A stretch of DNA of 18,865 bases from a bacterium (GTDB lineage: Bacteria; SZUA-182; DTGQ01): positions 1 through 18,865 of the forward strand of contig JBFMGO010000024.1 of NCBI GenBank assembly GCA_040752695.1, read 5' to 3'. Positions 16,884-18,865 of the stretch are shown in pieces. Below the pieces are notes generated by a model that made no database searches, was not told where the DNA came from, and worked only from the letters and a program-made list of their open reading frames with translations. Each line of letters begins with the position of its first letter. The stretch's first letter is position 1. The position numbers and the translations under genes are program-made.

Positions 16884-17513
16884 TCCCCTTTCCCCTTTCT
16901 GTTGTTTTTTTTCTTTACTAATTTTCATTAAATGCATGCTGGATATTCAACAATAAATATATTATAATAACTATTAATAATATAGCACAAAGATATCGAT
17001 AAGGAAATAGTTAAAGATGTAGTTCCCGTCGATAGATAAATATATCGGCAATCAAGTACTGGCGGGTATTGACTTGTAATAGCATTCTATGGTATTTGTC
17101 TCATTTAAATAAAAAACTAAATATCAATTGTAACCTTCGAGTAACAGACACAGTGCAGTGATAAATACCACTATGGTTTCATTTTTTTTGCTTGTGAAAG
17201 GGCTTCGTACACATTGCGGTACAAAGCGGCCGGTTATTGTCCTTCCACCGTTGATTAAAGTGATGTTTCTATCCTTTTTTATCATATTGAGGAAGAAACC
17301 GTCGAGTAAGTTTCGACATGCTTTGCCAGTCTATATATCATAACCGTTAGGATTACGAAAAATAATTGCACTCAGAACTTCGTCATACTGGAAATACCAA
17401 TCAATAGCCGCAAGGCCACAGGCATTGAGAAATGTAAAAGAATGATACGGCGCGATGTTCTCCTTGATTTTTTCAGGGAGAATGACGCGAAGTGCTGACT
17501 ATGGAGGCATACC

Positions 17514-18865
17514 ATGAGGCTTTTCCGGAAGTTACTGATAATTATATTTTTATCCCTGTTTATTTTCACTAAGCCGGCGGTTTCGAAGCCACCGGATCAT
17601 TCTCTCCATCCAACGGCTGCCAAAAAAGAGCTTAACTCATCCGAACTGGCGGAAATGGCCTCCAGGCTGAAAGATGCCCTTACCCAGTACAAACTTCAGC
17701 AACGGAATACCAGTACAAAACCTGCCGTGAGTAAAAAAAGAATCAATCGGCCAGAACTGGCCAAACTGCCTTCATCATCGTCCTCACCAACACCATCTGC
17801 CGCTTCTGCTGCCAGCAGGCAGAGATCCAGATTGAACTCCCTTAAAGGCCGTCTGCCGGATCTTAAGGTCAGATTCAATAAAAAAAACGGTACGGCAGTT
17901 TTCATAAAGGCGCAGGGACTTTTCTGCAGGGAAGATGCTGCCAGGATGCGGGCCGGGTCTTCGACATCCAGTGACATGGCTGTTTCGTGCCTGCAAAGTT
18001 ATAGAGATTTGCTCAAGGTTCAAAATGCCTCTGAGGAATTCAGTCAGAAGAAAGAGATCGTGGATAGCAGGGGATTAAAGCATATAAAGTTCCAGCAGGT
18101 TTATAAAGGCATCCCCCTGGTGAATAAAGAGGCTATTGTCCATCTGGATAAAAATAGCGCCGTCTATCTGGTGGAAGGAAGAATTGAGCCGACGCCGGAC
18201 CTGGACGTAAAACCGAAGGTATCACACGAGGAAGCAGTGAAAAAGGTAATGAGAGACCTCAGTAAATCCGGCAATTCTCTTTCCGGTGATTCTCTTTCCG
18301 GCACTCCTTCTTCAGGTGATTCTCCTTCGAGTGAACTCGTTATCCACACGGACGGTTTAGGAATGGCACGACTGGCCTATCGGATAACGGCCTATAGAGG
18401 TATTGAACGGTGGCGATACTTCGTGGATGCCAGAATCGGCCAGATTCTGGAGAAATATAACGATACTCACTATGAAGCGGTTCCAGGCTCAGGGGATGAC
18501 CTCTTCGGACAGCGGCAGAGCTTCTCTGTCTGGAAGCAGGGGAGCACCTACTCTTTGATCGATACCTCGCTCGATATGGTTAATAAACAGTATCCATCAG
18601 CATCAAACAGCCTGGGCAATGGTAATATCGCTATTTTCGATGCGGACCATCAGGATCCGGACAGAATATCCTCTATTTCTCCTGTCACTGCAACCTCTCC
18701 TGATGGAGGGTGGGATCCGGCAGGAGTCTCGTTACTGCATCACCTTATCCTGATCAATAATTACTACAAAGCGAAATTCGACCGGGATTCCATCGATGGG
18801 TATGGGTTCAATAATATCGGGATCATTCACGTCGGAGAGAACTGGGACAATGCCTGCTGGACAGG
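17514..18865 (+). CDS. Thermolysin-like M4 family prepro-metallopeptidase, N-terminal part; 3' end lies outside the window
   Basis: Manual translation, no stop in 450 codons. GGAGG SD 7 nt before ATG; signal peptide MRLFRKLLIIIFLSLFIFTKPAVS; FTP motif D..GLKHIKFQQVYKGIP; PepSY motif RLAYRI...WRYFVDARIGQIL; mature-domain motifs YYKAKFDRDSIDG and HVGENWDNACWTG (thermolysin NAFW). HEXXH would lie beyond the window, so activity is not shown. Confidence 0.88.
   Translation, partial: MRLFRKLLIIIFLSLFIFTKPAVSKPPDHSLHPTAAKKELNSSELAEMASRLKDALTQYKLQQRNTSTKPAVSKKRINRPELAKLPSSSSSPTPSAASAASRQRSRLNSLKGRLPDLKVRFNKKNGTAVFIKAQGLFCREDAARMRAGSSTSSDMAVSCLQSYRDLLKVQNASEEFSQKKEIVDSRGLKHIKFQQVYKGIPLVNKEAIVHLDKNSAVYLVEGRIEPTPDLDVKPKVSHEEAVKKVMRDLSKSGNSLSGDSLSGTPSSGDSPSSELVIHTDGLGMARLAYRITAYRGIERWRYFVDARIGQILEKYNDTHYEAVPGSGDDLFGQRQSFSVWKQGSTYSLIDTSLDMVNKQYPSASNSLGNGNIAIFDADHQDPDRISSISPVTATSPDGGWDPAGVSLLHHLILINNYYKAKFDRDSIDGYGFNNIGIIHVGENWDNACWT
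18267..18335 (+). repeat. 15-bp intragenic tandem repeat (SGxSL-like pentapeptides, ~4.5 copies)
   Basis: TCCGGCAATTCTCTT TCCGGTGATTCTCTT TCCGGCACTCCTTCT TCAGGTGATTCTCCT TCGAGTGAA. Confidence 0.8.

Noticed and set aside
16884..17513. Riboswitch or clear promoter in the 630-bp divergent spacer
   Set aside because: No convincing match by eye to c-di-GMP or other riboswitch cores; TTGACT at 17069 has no well-spaced -10 box. An Rfam scan would be needed.
17514..17670. Possible frameshift between the signal peptide and the protease body
   Set aside because: Codon-by-codon reading shows one continuous frame from 17514 to the window end.

Overview
Bacterial chromosomal window with two halves. Left (1-~9130, all on the minus strand) is a housekeeping run read right to left: two near-consensus sigma70 promoters, tRNA-His(GTG), tRNA-Arg(TCG), tRNA-Lys(CTT), tRNA-Leu(TAG), tig, clpP, clpX, lon, der (engA), truA, and the 5' part of an asparagine-synthase-type amidotransferase that runs off the left edge and is missing from the ORF track. 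Right (~9160-18865) is an accessory envelope/secreted-protein region: a signal-peptide-bearing, charge-free Gly/Tyr/Leu/Ser/Met block-repeat protein, a membrane GIDE/BAM-like protein with an inserted canonical EF-hand followed by a LemA-family gene, a secreted CBM + glycoside-hydrolase-like multidomain protein, and the 5' part of a thermolysin-like (M4) prepro-metalloprotease that runs off the right edge (also missing from the ORF track). Intergenic DNA holds a 67-bp MITE-like element with a TTA duplication, REP-like hairpins and short heptamer/octamer repeats. No integrase, transposase, CRISPR array or rRNA was seen. The best candidates for new biology are the block-repeat secreted protein and the GIDE-EF-hand/LemA module. 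All family calls come from reading motifs by eye; no database search was run.
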